Positions 15,001 through 30,000 of a DNA stretch of 64,000 nucleotides are shown piece after piece. The DNA is from Eledone cirrhosa. Lineage: Eukaryota. Position numbers and translations under genes: made by a program. Position 1 is the stretch's first letter. The number at the start of each line of letters is the position of its first letter. Where the stretch lies: assembly GCA_964016885.1 (NCBI GenBank), contig OZ024757.1, forward strand, positions 2,480,001 through 2,544,000, written 5' to 3'. Below the pieces are notes generated by a model. That model was not told where the DNA came from. It did no database searches and saw only the letters and a list, made by a program, of their open reading frames with translations.

Positions 15001-18000
15001 CAATGTGAAATAAAGTGTCTTGCTCAAGGACACATTGGACTGGAGCAATGTGAAATAAAGTGTCTTGCTCAAGGATACAGTGGACAGGAACAATGTGAAA
15101 TAAAGTGTCTTGCTCAAAGACACAGTGGACTGGAGCAATGTGAAAGAAAGTGTCTTGTTTAAGGACACAGTGGACTGGAGCAATGTGAAATAAAGTGTCT
15201 TGCTGAAGGGCATAGTGGACTGGAGCAACGTGAAAGAAAGTGTCTTGTTTAAGGACACAGTGGACTGGAGCAACGTGAAAGAAAGTCTCTTGCTCAAGGA
15301 CACAGTGGACTGGAGCAACGTGAAATAAAATCTCTTGCTCAAGGACACAGTGGACTGGAGCAACGTGAAAGAAAGTCTCTTGCTCAAGGACACAGTGGAC
15401 TGGAGCAACATGAAATAAAGTGTCTTGCTCAAGGACACAGTGGACTGGAGCAACGTGAAAGAAAGTGTCTTGTTCAAGGTCGCAGTGGACTGGAGCAACG
15501 TGAAATAAAGTGTCTTGCTCAAGGACACAGTGGACTGGAGCAACGTGAAAGAAAGTGTCTTGCTCAAGGACACAGTGGACTGGAGCAACTTGAAATAAAG
15601 TGTCTTGCTCAAGGACACAATAGATTGGAGCAATGTGAAATAAAGTGTCTTGCTCAAGGTCGCAGTGGACAGGAGCAACGTGAAAGAAAGTGTATTGCTC
15701 AAGGACACAGTGGACCGGAGCAATATGAAATAAAGTGTCTTGCTCAAGGACACAGTGGACTGGAGCAACGTGAAATAAAGTGTCTTGCTCAAGGACACAG
15801 TGGACTGGAGCAACGTGAAATAAAGTGTCTTGCTCGAGGACACAGTGGACTGGAGCAACGTGAAAGAAAGTGTCTTGCTGAAGGACACAGTGGACTGGAA
15901 CAATGTGAAATAAAGGGTCTTGCTCAAGGACACAGTGGACTGGAGCAATGTGAAATAAAGTGTCTTACTTAAGGACACAGTGGACTGGAACAATGTGAAA
16001 TAAAGTGTCTTGCTCAAGGACACAGTGGACTGGACAATGTGAAAGAAAGTGTCTTGCTTAAGGACACAGTGGACTGGAACAATATGAAATAAAGTGTTTT
16101 GCTCAAGGACACAGTGGACTGGAGCAATGTGAAATAAAGTGTCTTGCTTAAGGACACAGTGGACTGGACAATGTGAAAGAAAGTGTCTTGCTCAAGGACA
16201 CAGTGGACTGGAGCAACGTGAAAGAAAGTGTCTTGCTCAGGGACACAGTGGACTGGAGCAACGTGAAAGAAAGTGTCTTGCTGAAGGACACAGTGGACTG
16301 GAGCAACGAGAAATAAAGTGTCTTGCTCAAGGACACAGTGGACTGGAGCAACGTGAAAGAAAGTGTCTTGCTCAAGGACACAGTGGACTGGAGCAACGTG
16401 AAAGAAAGTGTCTTGCTCAAGGACACAGTGGACTGGAGCAACGTGAAAGAAAGTGTCTTGCTCAAGGACACAGTGGACTGGAGCAACGTGAAATAAAGTG
16501 TCTTGCTGAAGGACACAGTAGACTGGAGCAACGAGAAATAAAGTGTCTTGCTCAAGGACACAGCGGACTGGAGCAACGTGAAAGAAAGTGTCTTGCTCAA
16601 GGACACAGTGGACTTGAGCAACGTGAAAGAAAGTGTCTTGTTCAAGGACACGGTGGACTGGAGCAATGTGAAAGAAAGTGTCTTGCTCAAGGACACAGTT
16701 GACAGGAGCAACGTGAAAGAAAGTGAGAAAGTGTGTTGCTCAAGGACACAGTGGACTGGAGCAACGTGAAAGAAAGTGTCTTGCTCAAGGACACAGTGGA
16801 CTGGAGCAATGTGAAATAAAGTGTCTTGTTCAAGGACACAGTGGACTGGAGCAATGTGAAATAAAGTGTCTTGCTCAAGGACACAGTGGACTGGAGCAAC
16901 ATGAAATAAAGTGTCTTGCTCAAGGACACAGTGGACTGGAGCAACGTGAAATAAAGTAACTTGCTCAACGACACAGTGGACTGGAGTAATGTGAAAGAAA
17001 GTGTCTTGCTCAAGGACACAGTGGACTGGAGCAACGTGAAATAAAGTGACTTGCTCAAGGACACAGTGGACTGGAGCAATGTAAAAGAAAGTGTCTTGCT
17101 CAAGGACACAGTGGACTGGAGTAACGTGAAAGAAAGTGTCTTGCTTAAGGACATAGTGGACTGGAGCAATGTGAAATAAAGTGTCTTGCTCAAGGACACA
17201 GTGAACTGGAGCAATGTGAAATAAAGTGTCTTGCTCAAGGACACAGTGGACTGGAGCAATGTGAAATAAAGTGTCTTGCTCAAGGACACAGTGAACTGGA
17301 GCAATGTGAAATAAAGTGTCTTGCTCAAGGACACAGTGGACTGGAGCAATGTGAAATAAAGTGTCTTGCTCAGGGACACAGTGGACTGGAGCAATGTGAA
17401 ATAAAGTGTCTTGCTCAAGGACACAGTGAACTGGAGCAATGTGAAATAAAGTGTCTTGTTCAAGGTCGCAGTGGACTGGAGCAACGTGAAAGAAAGTGTC
17501 TTGTTCAAGGTCGCAGTGGACTGGAGCAACGTGAAATAAAGTGTCTTGCTCAAGCACACAGTGGACTGGAGCAACGTGAAAGAAAGTGTCTTGCTCAAGG
17601 ACACATTGGACTGGAGCAACTTGAAATAAAGTGTCTTGCTCAAGGACACAGTGGACTGGAGCAATGTGAAATAAAGTGTCTTGCTCAAGGACACAGTGGA
17701 CTGGAGCAATGTGAAATAAAGTGTCTTGCTCAAGGACACAGTGGACTGGAGCAATGTGAAATAAAGTGTCTTGCTCAAGGACACAGTGGACTGAAGCAAT
17801 GTGAAATAAAGTGTCTTGCTCAAGGACACAGTGGACAGGAGCAATGTGAAATAAAGTGTCTTGCACAAAGACACAGTGGACTGGAGCAATGTGAAAGAAA
17901 GTGTCTTGTTTAAGGACACAGTGGACTGGAGCAATGTGAAATAAAGTGTCTTGCTGAAGGGCATAGTCGACTGGAGCAACGTGAAAGAAAGTGTCTTGTT

Positions 18001-21000
18001 TAAGGACACAGTGGACTGGAGCAACGTGAAAGAAAGTCTCTTGCTCAAGGACACAGTGGACTGGAGGAACGTGAAATAAAGTCTCTTGCTCAAGGACAGA
18101 GTGGGCTGGAGCAACGTGAAAGAAAGTCTCTTGCTGAAGGACACAGTGGACTGGAGCAACATGAAATAAAGTGTCTTGCTCAAGGACACAGTGTACTGGA
18201 GCAACGTGAAAGAAAGTGTCTTGCTCAAGGACACAGTGGACTGGAGCAATGTGAAATAAAGTGTCTTGCTTAAGGACACAGTGGACTGGAACAATGTGAA
18301 AGAAAGTGTCTTGCTCAAGGACACAGTGGACTGGAGCAATGTGAAATAAAGTGTCTTGCTTAAGGACACAGTGGACTGGAACAATGTGAAAGAAAGTGTC
18401 TTGCTCAAGGACACAGTGGACTGGAGCAATGTGAAATAAAGTCTCTTGCTCAAGGACACAGTGGACTGGAGCAATGTGAAATAAAGTGTCTTGCTCAAGG
18501 ATACAGTGGACAGGAGCAATGTGAAATAAAGTGTCTTGCTCAAAGACACAGTGGACTGGAGCAATGTGAAAGAAAGTGTCTTGTTTAAGGACACAGTGGA
18601 CTGGAGCAATGTGAAATAAAGTGTCTTGCTGAAGGGCATAGTGGACTGGAGCAACGTGAAAGAAAGTGTCTTGTTTAAGGACACAGTGGACTGGAGCAAC
18701 GTGAAAGAAAGTCTCTTGCTCAAGGACACAGTGGACTGGAGCAACGTGAAAGAAAGTCTCTTGCTCAAGGACACAGTGGACTGGAGCAACGTGAAATAAA
18801 ATCTCTTGCTCAAGGACACAGTGGACTGGAGCAACGTGAAAGAAAGTCTCTTGCTCAAGGACACAGTGGACTGGAGCAACATGAAATAAAGTGTCTTGCT
18901 GAAGGACACAGTGGACTGGAGCAACGTGAAAGAAAGTGTCTTGCTCAAGGACACAGTGGACTGGAGCAACTTGAAATAAAGTGTCTTGCTCAAGGACACA
19001 ATAGATTGGAGCAATGTGAAATAAAGTGTCTTGCTCAAGGTCGCAGTGGACAGGAGCAACGTGAAAGAAAGTGTATTGCTCAAGGACACAGTGGACCGGA
19101 GCAATATGAAATAAAGTGTCTTGCTCAAGGACACAGTGGACTGGAGCAACGTGAAATAAAGTGTCTTGCTCAAGGACACAGTGGACTGGAGCAACGTGAA
19201 ATAAAGTGTCTTGCTCGAGGACACAGTGGACTGGAGCAACGTGAAAGAAAGTGTCTTGCTGAAGGACACAGTGGACTGGAACAATGTGAAATAAAGGGTC
19301 TTGCTCAAGGACACAGTGGACTGGAGCAATGTGAAATAAAGTGTCTTACTTAAGGACACAGTGGACTGGAACAATGTGAAATAAAGTGTCTTGCTCAAGG
19401 ACACAGTGGACTGGACAATGTGAAAGAAAGTGTCTTGCTTAAGGACACAGTGGACTGGAACAATATGAAATAAAGTGTTTTGCTCAAGGACACAGTGGAC
19501 TGGAGCAATGTGAAATAAAGTGTCTTGCTTAAGGACACAGTGGACTGGAACAATGTGAAAGAAAGTGTCTTGCTCAAGGACACAGTGGACTGGAGCAACG
19601 TGAAAGAAAGTGTCTTGCTCAAGGACACAGTGGACTGGAGCAACGTGAAAGAAAGTGTCTTGTTGAAGGACACAGTGGACTGGAGCAACGTGAAATAAAG
19701 TGTCTTGCTGAAGGACACAGTGGACTGGAGCAACGAGAAATAAAGTGTCTTGCTCAAGGACACAGTGGACTGGAGCAACGTGAAAGAAAGTGTCTTGCTC
19801 AAGGACACAGTGGACTGGAGCAACGTGAAAGAAAGTGTCTTGCTCAAGGACACAGTGGACTGGAGCAACGTGAAAGAAAGTGTCTTGCTCAAGGACACAG
19901 TGGACTGGAGCAACGGGAAATGAAGTGTCTTGCTGAAGGACACAGTAGACTGGAGCAACGAGAAATAAAGTGTCTTGCTCAAGGACACAGTGGACTGGAG
20001 CAACGTGAAAGAAAGTGTCTTGCTCAAGGACACAGTGGACTTGAGCAACGTGAAAGAAAGTGTCTTGTTCAAGGACACGGTGGACTGGAGCAATGTGAAA
20101 GAAAGTGTCTTGCTCAAGGACACAGTGGACAGGAGCAACGTGAAAGAAAGTGAGAAAGTGTGTTGCTCAAGGACACAGTGGACTGGAGCAACGTGAAAGA
20201 AAGTGTCTTGCTCAAGGACACAGTGGACTGGAGCAATGTGAAATAAAGTGTCTTGTTCAAGGACACAGTGGACTGGAGCAATGTGAAATAAAGTGTCTTG
20301 CTCAAGGACACAGTGGACTGGAGCAACATGAAATAAAGTGTCTTGCTCAAGGACACAGTGGACTGGAGCAACGTGAAATAAAGTAGCTTGCTCAACGACA
20401 CAGTGGACTGGAGTAATGTGAAAGAAAGTGTCTTGCTCAAGGACACAGTGGACTGGAGCAACGTGAAATAAAGTGACTTGCTCAAGGACACAGTGGACTG
20501 GAGCAATGTAAAAGAAAGTGTCTTGCTCAAGGACACAGTGGACTGGAGTAACGTGAAAGAAAGTGTCTTGCTTAAGGACATAGTGGACTGGAGCAATGTG
20601 AAATAAAGTGTCTTGCTCAAGGACACAGTGAACTGGAGCAATGTGAAATAAAGTGTCTTGCTCAAGGACACAGCGGACTGGAGCAATGTGAAATAAAGTG
20701 TCTTGCTCAAGGACACAGTGAACTGGAGCAATGTGAAATAAAGTGTCTTGCTCAAGGACACAGTGGACTGGAGCAATGTGAAATAAAGTGTCTTGCTCAA
20801 GGACACAGTGGACTGGAGCAATGTGAAATAAAGTGTCTTGCTCAAGGACACAGTGAACTGGAGCAATGTGAAATAAAGTGTCTTGTTCAAGGTCGCAGTG
20901 GACTGGAGCAACGTGAAAGAAAGTGTCTTGTTCAAGGTCGCAGTGGACTGGAGCAACGTGAAATAAAGTGTCTTGCTCAAGCACACAGTGGACTGGAGCA

Positions 21001-24000
21001 ACGTGAAAGAAAGTGTCTTGCTCAAGGACACATTGGACTGGAGCAACTTGAAATAAAGTGTCTTGCTCAAGGACACAGTGGACTGGAGCAATGTGAAATA
21101 AAGTGTCTTGCTCAAGGACACAGTGGACTGGAGCAATGTGAAATAAAGTGTCTTGCTCAAGGACACAGTGGACTGGAGCAATGTGAAATAAAGTGTCTTG
21201 CTCAAGGACACAGTGGACTGAAGCAATGTGAAATAAAGTGTCTTGCTCAAGGACACAGTGGACAGGAGCAATGTGAAATAAAGTGTCTTGCTCAAAGACA
21301 CAGTGGACTGGAGCAATGTGAAAGAAAGTGTCTTGTTTAAGGACACAGTGGACTGGAGCAATGTGAAATAAAGTGTCTTGCTGAAGGGCATAGTGGACTG
21401 GAGCAACGTGAAAGAAAGAGTCTTGTTTAAGGACACAGTGGACTGGAGCAACGTTAAAGAAAGTTCTCTTGCTCAAGGACACAGTGGACTGGAGGAACGT
21501 GAAATAAAGTCTCTTGCTCAAGGACACAGTGGACTGGAGGAACGTGAAATAAAGTCTCTTGCTCAAGGACAGAGTGGGCTGGAGCAACGTGAAAGAAAGT
21601 CTCTTGCTGAAGGACACAGTGGACTGGAGCAACATGAAATAAAGTGTCTTGCTCAAGGACACAGTGGACTGGAGCAACGTGAAAGAAAGTGTCTTGCTCA
21701 AGGACACAGTGGACTGGAGCAATGTGAAATAAAGTGTCTTGCTTAAGGACACAGTGGACTGGAACAATGTGAAAGAAAGTGTCTTGCTCAAGGACACAGT
21801 GGACTGGAGCAATGTGAAATAAAGTGTCTTGCTTAAGGACACAGTGGACTGGAACAATGTGAAAGAAAGTGTCTTGCTCAAGGACACAGTGGACTGGAGC
21901 AATGTGAAATAAAGTCTCTTGCTCAAGGACACAGTGGACTGGAGCAATGTGAAATAAAGTGTCTTGCTCAAGGATACAGTGGACAGGAGCAATGTGAAAT
22001 AAAGTGTCTTGCTCAAAGACACAGTGGACTGGAGCAATGTGAAAGAAAGTGTCTTGTTTAAGGACACAGTGGACTGGAGCAATGTGAAATAAAGTGTCTT
22101 GCTGAAGGGCATAGTGGACTGGAGCAACGTGAAAGAAAGTGTCTTGTTTAAGGACACAGTGGACTGGAGCAACGTGAAAGAAAGTCTCTTGCTCAAGGAC
22201 ACAGTGGACTGGAGCAACGTGAAAGAAAGTCTCTTGCTCAAGGACACAGTGGACTGGAGCAACGTGAAATAAAATCTCTTGCTCAAGGACACAGTGGACT
22301 GGAGCAACGTGAAAGAAAGTCTCTTGCTCAAGGACACAGTGGACTGGAGCAACATGAAATAAAGTGTCTTGCTGAAGGACACAGTGGACTGGAGCAACGT
22401 GAAAGAAAGTGTCTTGCTCAAGGACACAGTGGACTGGAGCAACTTGAAATAAAGTGTCTTGCTCAAGGACACAATAGATTGGAGCAATGTGAAATAAAGT
22501 GTCTTGCTCAAGGTCGCAGTGGACAGGAGCAACGTGAAAGAAAGTGTATTGCTCAAGGACACAGTGGACCGGAGCAATATGAAATAAAGTGTCTTGCTCA
22601 AGGACACAGTGGACTGGAGCAACGTGAAATAAAGTGTCTTGCTCAAGGACACAGTGGACTGGAGCAACGTGAAATAAAGTGTCTTGCTCGAGGACACAGT
22701 GGACTGGAGCAACGTGAAAGAAAGTGTCTTGCTGAAGGACACAGTGGACTGGAACAATGTGAAATAAAGGGTCTTGCTCAAGGACACAGTGGACTGGAGC
22801 AATGTGAAATAAAGTGTCTTACTTAAGGACACAGTGGACTGGAACAATGTGAAATAAAGTGTCTTGCTCAAGGACACAGTGGACTGGACAATGTGAAAGA
22901 AAGTGTCTTGCTTAAGGACACAGTGGACTGGAACAATATGAAATAAAGTGTTTTGCTCAAGGACACAGTGGACTGGAGCAATGTGAAATAAAGTGTCTTG
23001 CTTAAGGACACAGTGGACTGGAACAATGTGAAAGAAAGTGTCTTGCTCAAGGACACAGTGGACTGGAGCAACGTGAAAGAAAGTGTCTTGCTCAAGGACA
23101 CAGTGGACTGGAGCAACGTGAAAGAAAGTGTCTTGTTGAAGGACACAGTGGACTGGAGCAACGTGAAATAAAGTGTCTTGCTGAAGGACACAGTGGACTG
23201 GAGCAACGAGAAATAAAGTGTCTTGCTCAAGGACACAGTGGACTGGAGCAACGTGAAAGAAAGTGTCTTGCTCAAGGACACAGTGGACTGGAGCAACGTG
23301 AAAGAAAGTGTCTTGCTCAAGGACACAGTGGACTGGAGCAACGTGAAAGAAAGTGTCTTGCTCAAGGACACAGTGGACTGGAGCAACGGGAAATGAAGTG
23401 TCTTGCTGAAGGACACAGTAGACTGGAGCAACGAGAAATAAAGTGTCTTGCTCAAGGACACAGTGGACTGGAGCAACGTGAAAGAAAGTGTCTTGCTCAA
23501 GGACACAGTGGACTTGAGCAACGTGAAAGAAAGTGTCTTGTTCAAGGACACGGTGGACTGGAGCAATGTGAAAGAAAGTGTCTTGCTCAAGGACACAGTG
23601 GACAGGAGCAACGTGAAAGAAAGTGAGAAAGTGTGTTGCTCAAGGACACAGTGGACTGGAGCAACGTGAAAGAAAGTGTCTTGCTCAAGGACACAGTGGA
23701 CTGGAGCAATGTGAAATAAAGTGTCTTGTTCAAGGACACAGTGGACTGGAGCAATGTGAAATAAAGTGTCTTGCTCAAGGACACAGTGGACTGGAGCAAC
23801 ATGAAATAAAGTGTCTTGCTCAAGGACACAGTGGACTGGAGCAACGTGAAATAAAGTAACTTGCTCAACGACACAGTGGACTGGAGTAATGTGAAAGAAA
23901 GTGTCTTGCTCAAGGACACAGTGGACTGGAGCAACGTGAAATAAAGTGACTTGCTCAAGGACACAGTGGACTGGAGCAATGTAAAAGAAAGTGTCTTGCT

Positions 24001-27000
24001 CAAGGACACAGTGGACTGGAGTAACGTGAAAGAAAGTGTCTTGCTTAAGGACATAGTGGACTGGAGCAATGTGAAATAAAGTGTCTTGCTCAAGGACACA
24101 GTGAACTGGAGCAATGTGAAATAAAGTGTCTTGCTCAAGGACACAGTGGACTGGAGCAATGTGAAATAAAGTGTCTTGCTCAAGGTCACAGTGAACTGGA
24201 GCAATGTGAAATAAAGTGTCTTGCTCAAGGACACAGTGGACTGGAGCAATGTGAAATAAAGTGTCTTGCTCAACGACACAGTGGACTGGAGCAATGTGAA
24301 ATAAAGTGTCTTGCTCAAGGACACAGTGAACTGGAGCAATGTGAAATAAAGTGTCTTGTTCAAGGTCGCAGTGGACTGGAGCAACGTGAAAGAAAGTGTC
24401 TTGTTCAAGGTCGCAGTGGACTGGAGCAACGTGAAATAAAGTGTCTTGCTCAAGCACACAGTGGATTGGAGCAACGTGAAAGAAAGTGTCTTGCTCAAGG
24501 ACACATTGGACTGGAGCAACTTGAAATAAAGTGTCTTGCTCAAGGACACAGTGGACTGGAGCAATGTGAAATAAAGTGTCTTGCTCAAGGACACAGTGGA
24601 CTGGAGCAATGTGAAATAAAGTGTCTTGCTCAAGGACACAGTGGACTGGAGCAATGTGAAATAAAGTGTCTTGCTCAAGGACACAGTGGACTGAAGCAAT
24701 GTGAAATAAAGTGTCTTGCTCAAGGACACAGTGGACAGGAGCAATGTGAAATAAAGTGTCTTGCTCAAAGACACAGTGGACTGGAGCAATGTGAAAGAAA
24801 GTGTCTTGTTTAAGGACACAGTGGACTGGAGCAATGTGAAATAAAGTGTCTTGCTGAAGGGCATAGTGGACTGGAGGAACGTGAAAGAAAGTGTCTTGTT
24901 TAAGGACACAGTGGACTGGAGCAACGTTAAAGAAAGTTCTCTTGCTCAAGGACACAGTGGACTGGAGGAACGTGAAATAAAGTCTCTTGCTCAAGGACAC
25001 AGTGGACTGGAGCAACGTGAAAGAAAGTCTCTTGCTCAAGGACACAGTGGACTGGAGCAACATGAAATAAAGTGTCTTGCTCAAGGACACAGTGGACTGG
25101 AGCAACGTGAAAGAAAGTGTCTTGCTCAAGGACACAGTGGACTGGAGCAACTTGAAATAAAGTGTCTTGCTCAAGGACACAATAAATTGGAGCAATGTGA
25201 AATAAAGTGTCTTGCTCAAGATCGCAGTGGACTGGAGCAACGTGAAAGAAAGTGTATTGCTCAAGGACACAGTGGACCGGAGCAACGTGAAAGAAAGTCT
25301 CTTGCTCAAGGACACAGTGGACTGGAGCAACGTGAAAGAAAGTGTCTTGCTCAAGGACACAGTGGACTGGAGCAACGTGAAAGAAAGTCTCTTGCTCAAG
25401 GACACAGTGGACTGGAGCAACGTGAAATAAAGTGTCTTGCTCAAGGACACAGTGGACTGGAGCCACGTGAAAGAAAGTGTCTTGCTGAAGGACACAGTGG
25501 ACTGGAACAATGTGAAAGAAAGTGTCTTGCTCAAGGACACAGTGGACTGGAGCAATGTGAAATAAAGTGTCTTATTTAAGGACACAGTGGACTGGAGCAA
25601 CGTGAAATAAAGTGTCTTGCTCAAGGACACAGTGGACTGGAGCAACGTGAAAGAAAGTGTCTTGTTCAAGGTCGCAGTGGACTGGAGCAACGTGAAAGAA
25701 AGTGTCTTGTTCAAGGTCGCAGTGGACTGGAGCAACGTGAAATAAAGTGTCTTGTTCTAGGACACAGTGGACTGGAGCAATGTGAAATAAAGTGTCTTGC
25801 TCAAGGACACAGTGGACCGGAGCAATGTGAAATAAAGTGTCTTGCTCAAGGACACAGTGAACTGGAGCAATGTGAAATAAAGTGTCTTGCTCATGGACAC
25901 AGTGGACGGGAGCAAGGTGAAATAAAGTGTCTTGCTCATGGACACAGTGGACTGGAGCAATGTGAAATAAAGTGTCTTGCTCAAGGACACAGTGGACTGG
26001 AGCAATGTGAAATAAAGTGTCTTGCTTAAGGACACAGTGGACTGGAACAATGTGAAAGAAAGTGTCTTGCTCAAGGACACAGTGGACTGGAGCAATGTGA
26101 AATAAAGTCTCTTGCTCAAGGACACAGTGGACTCGAGCAATGTGAAAGAAAGTGTCTTGCTCTAGGACACAGCGGACTAGAGTAACGTGAAAGAAAGTGT
26201 CTTGCTCAAGGACATAGTGGACATGAACAACGTGAAAGAAAGTGTCTTGCTCAAGGACACAGTGGACTGGAGCAACGTGAAAGAAAGTGTCTTGCTCAAG
26301 GACACAGTGGACTGGAGCAACGTGAAAGAAAGTGTCTTGCTGAAGGACACAGTGGACTGGAGCAACGTGAAATAAAGTGTCTTGCTCAAGGACACAGTGG
26401 ACTGGAGCAACGTGAAATAAAGTGTCTTGCTCAAGGACTCAGTGGACTGGAGCAACTTGAAATAAAGTGTCTTGCTCAAGGACACAATAGATTGGAGCTA
26501 TGTGAAATAAAATGTCTTGCTCAAGGTCGCAGTGGACTGGAGCAACGTGAAAGAAAGTGTATTGCTCAAGGACACAGTGGACCGGAGCAATGTGAAATAA
26601 AGTGACTTGCTCAAGGACACAGTGGACTGGAGCAACGTGAAATAAAGTGTCTTGCTCAAGGACACAGTGGGCTGGAGCAACGTGAAAGAAAGTCTCTTGC
26701 TCAAGGACACAGTGGACTGGAGCAACGTGAAAGAAAGTGTCTTGCTCAAGGACACATTGGACTGGAGCAACTTGAAATAAAGTGTCTTGCTCAAGGACAC
26801 AGTGGACTGGAGCAATGTGAAATAAAGTGTCTTGCTCAAGGACACAGTGGACTGGAGCAATGTGAAATAAAGTGTCTTGCTCAAGGACACAGTGGACTGG
26901 AGCAATGTGAAATAAAGTGTCTTGCTCAAGGACACAGTGGACTGAAGCAATGTGAAATAAAGTGTCTTGCTCAAGGACACAGTGGACAGGAGCAATGTGA

Positions 27001-30000
27001 AATAAAGTGTCTTGCTCAAAGACACAGTGGACTGGAGCAATGTGAAAGAAAGTGTCTTGTTTAAGGACACAGTGGACTGGAGCAATGTGAAATAAAGTGT
27101 CTTGCTGAAGGGCATAGTGGACTGGAGCAACGTGAAAGAAAGTGTCTTGTTTAAGGACACAGTGGACTGGAGCAACGTGAAAGAAAGTCTCTTGCTCAAG
27201 GACACAGTGGACTGGAGGAACGTGAAATAAAGTGTCTTGCTCAAGGACACAGTGGACTGGAGCAACGTGAAAGAAAGTCTCTTGCTCAAGGACACAGTGG
27301 ACTGGAGCAACATGAAATAAAGTGTCTGGCTCAAGGACACAGTGGACTGGAGCAACGTGAAAGAAAGTGTCTTGCTCAAGGACACAGTGGACTGGAGCAA
27401 CTTGAAATAAAGTGTCATGCTCAAGGACACAATAAATTGGAGCAATGTGAAATAAAGTGTCTTGCTCAAGATCGCAGTGGACTGGAGCAACGTGAAAGAA
27501 AGTGTATTGCTCAAGGACACAGTGGACCGGAGCAACGTGAAAGAAAGTCTCTTGCTCAAGGACACAGTGGACTGGAGCAACGTGAAAGAAAGTGTCTTGC
27601 TCAAGGACACAGTGGACTGGAGCAACGTGAAAGAAAGTCTCTTGCTCAAGGACACAGTGGACTGGAGCAACGTGAAATAAAGTGTCTTGCTCAAGGACAC
27701 AGTGGACTGGAGCCACGTGAAAGAAAGTGTCTTGCTGAAGGACACAGTGCACTGGAACAATGTGAAAGAAAGTGTCTTGCTCAAGGACACAGTGGACTGG
27801 AGCAACGTGAAAGAAAGTGTCTTGCTGAAGGACACAGTGGACTGGAGCAACGTGAAAGAAAGTGTCTTGTTCAAGGTCGCAGTGGACTGGAGCAACGTGA
27901 AAGAAAGTGTCTTGTTCAAGGTCGCAGTGGACTGGAGCAACGTGAAATAAAGTGTCTTGCTCAAGGACACAGTGGACTGGAGCAATGTGAAATAAAGTGT
28001 CTTGCTCAAGGACACAGTGGACCGGAGCAATGTGAAATAAAGTGTCTTGCTCAAGGACACAGTGAACTGGAGCAATGTGAAATAAAGTGTCTTGCTCATG
28101 GACACAGTGGACGGGAGCAATGTGAAATAAAGTGTCTTGCTCATGGACACAGTGGACTGGAGCAATGTGAAATAAAGTGTCTTGCTCAAGGACACAGTGG
28201 ACTGGAGCAATGTGAAATAAAGTGTCTTGCTTAAGGACACAGTGGACTGGAACAATGTGAAAGAAAGTGTCTTGCTCAAGGACACAGTGGACTGGAGCAA
28301 TGTGAAATAAAGTCTCTTGCTCAAGGACACAGTGGACTCGAGCAATGTGAAAGAAAGTGTCTTGCTCTAGGACACAGCGGACTAGAGTAACGTGAAAGAA
28401 AGTGTCTTGCTCAAGGACATAGTGGACATGAGCAACGTGAAAGAAAGTGTCTTGCTCAAGGACACAGTGGACTGGAGCAACGTGAAAGAAAGTGTCTTGC
28501 TCAAGGACACAGTGGACTGGAGCAACGTGAAAGAAAGTGTCTTGCTGAAGGACACAGTGGACTGGAGCAACGTGAAATAAAGTGTCTTGCTCAAGGACAC
28601 AGTGGACTGAGCAACGTGAAATAAAGTGTCTTGCTCAAGGACTCAGTGGACTGGAGCAACTTGAAATAAAGTGTCTTGCTCAAGGACACAATAGATTGGA
28701 GCTATGTGAAATAAAATGTCTTGCTCAAGGTCGCAGTGGACTGGAGCAACGTGAAAGAAAGTGTATTGCTCAAGGACACAGTGGACCGGAGCAATGTGAA
28801 ATAAAGTGTCTTGCTCAAGGACACAGTGGACTGGAGCAACGTGAAATAATGTGTCTTGCTCAAGGACACAGTGGACTGGAGCAACGTGAAAGAAAGTCTC
28901 TTGCTCAAGGACACAGTGGACTGGAGCAACGTGAAAGAAAGTCTCTTGTTCAAGGACACAGTGGACTGGAGCAACATGAAATAAAGTGTCTTGCTCAAGG
29001 ACATAGTGGACTGGAACAACGTGAAATAAAGTGTCTTGCTGAAGGACACCGTGGACTGGAACAATTCGAAATAAAGTGTCTTGCTCAAGGACACAGTGGA
29101 CTGGAGCAATGTGAAATAAAGTGTCTTACTTAAGGACACAGTGGACTGGAACAATGTGAAAGAAAGTGTCTTGCTCAAGGACACAGTGGACTGGAGCAAT
29201 GTGATATAAAGTGTCTTACTTAAGGACACAGTGGACTGGAACAATGTGAAATAAAGTGTCTTGCTCAAGGACACAGTGGACTGGAGCAATGTGAAATAAA
29301 GTGTCTTGCTTAAGGACACAGTGGACTGGAACAATGTGAAAGAAAGTGTCTTGCTCAAGGACACAGTGGACTGGAGCAATGTGAAATAAAGTGTCTTGCT
29401 CAAGGATACAGTGGACTGGAGCAACGTGAAAGAAAGTCTCTTGCTCAAGGACACAGTGGACTGGAGCAACGTGAAAGAAAGTGTCTTGATCAAGGTCGCA
29501 GTGGACGGGAGCAACGTGAAAGAAAGTGTCTTGCTCAAGGACACAGTGAACTGGAGCAATGCGAAATAAAGTGTCTTGCTCAAGGACACAGTGGACTGGA
29601 GCAACGTGAAATAAAGTGTCTTGCTCAAGGACACAGTGGACTGGAGCAACTTGAAATAAAGTGTCTTGCTCAAGGACACAGTGGACAGGAGCAACGTGAA
29701 ATAATGTGTCTTGCTCAAGGACAAAGTGGACTGGAGCAATGTGAAATAAAGTGTCTTGCTCAAGGACACAGTGGACTGGAGCAATTTGAAATAAAGTGTC
29801 TTGCTCAAGGACACAGTGAACTGGAGCAATGTGAAATAAAGTGTCTTGCTCAAGAACACAGTGGACTGAAGCAATGTGAAATAAAGTATCTTGCTCAAGG
29901 GCATAGTGGACTGGAGCAACGTGAAAGAAAGTGTCTTGTTTAAGGACACAGTGGACTGGAGCAACGTGAAAGAAAGTCTCTTGCTCAAGGACACAGTGGA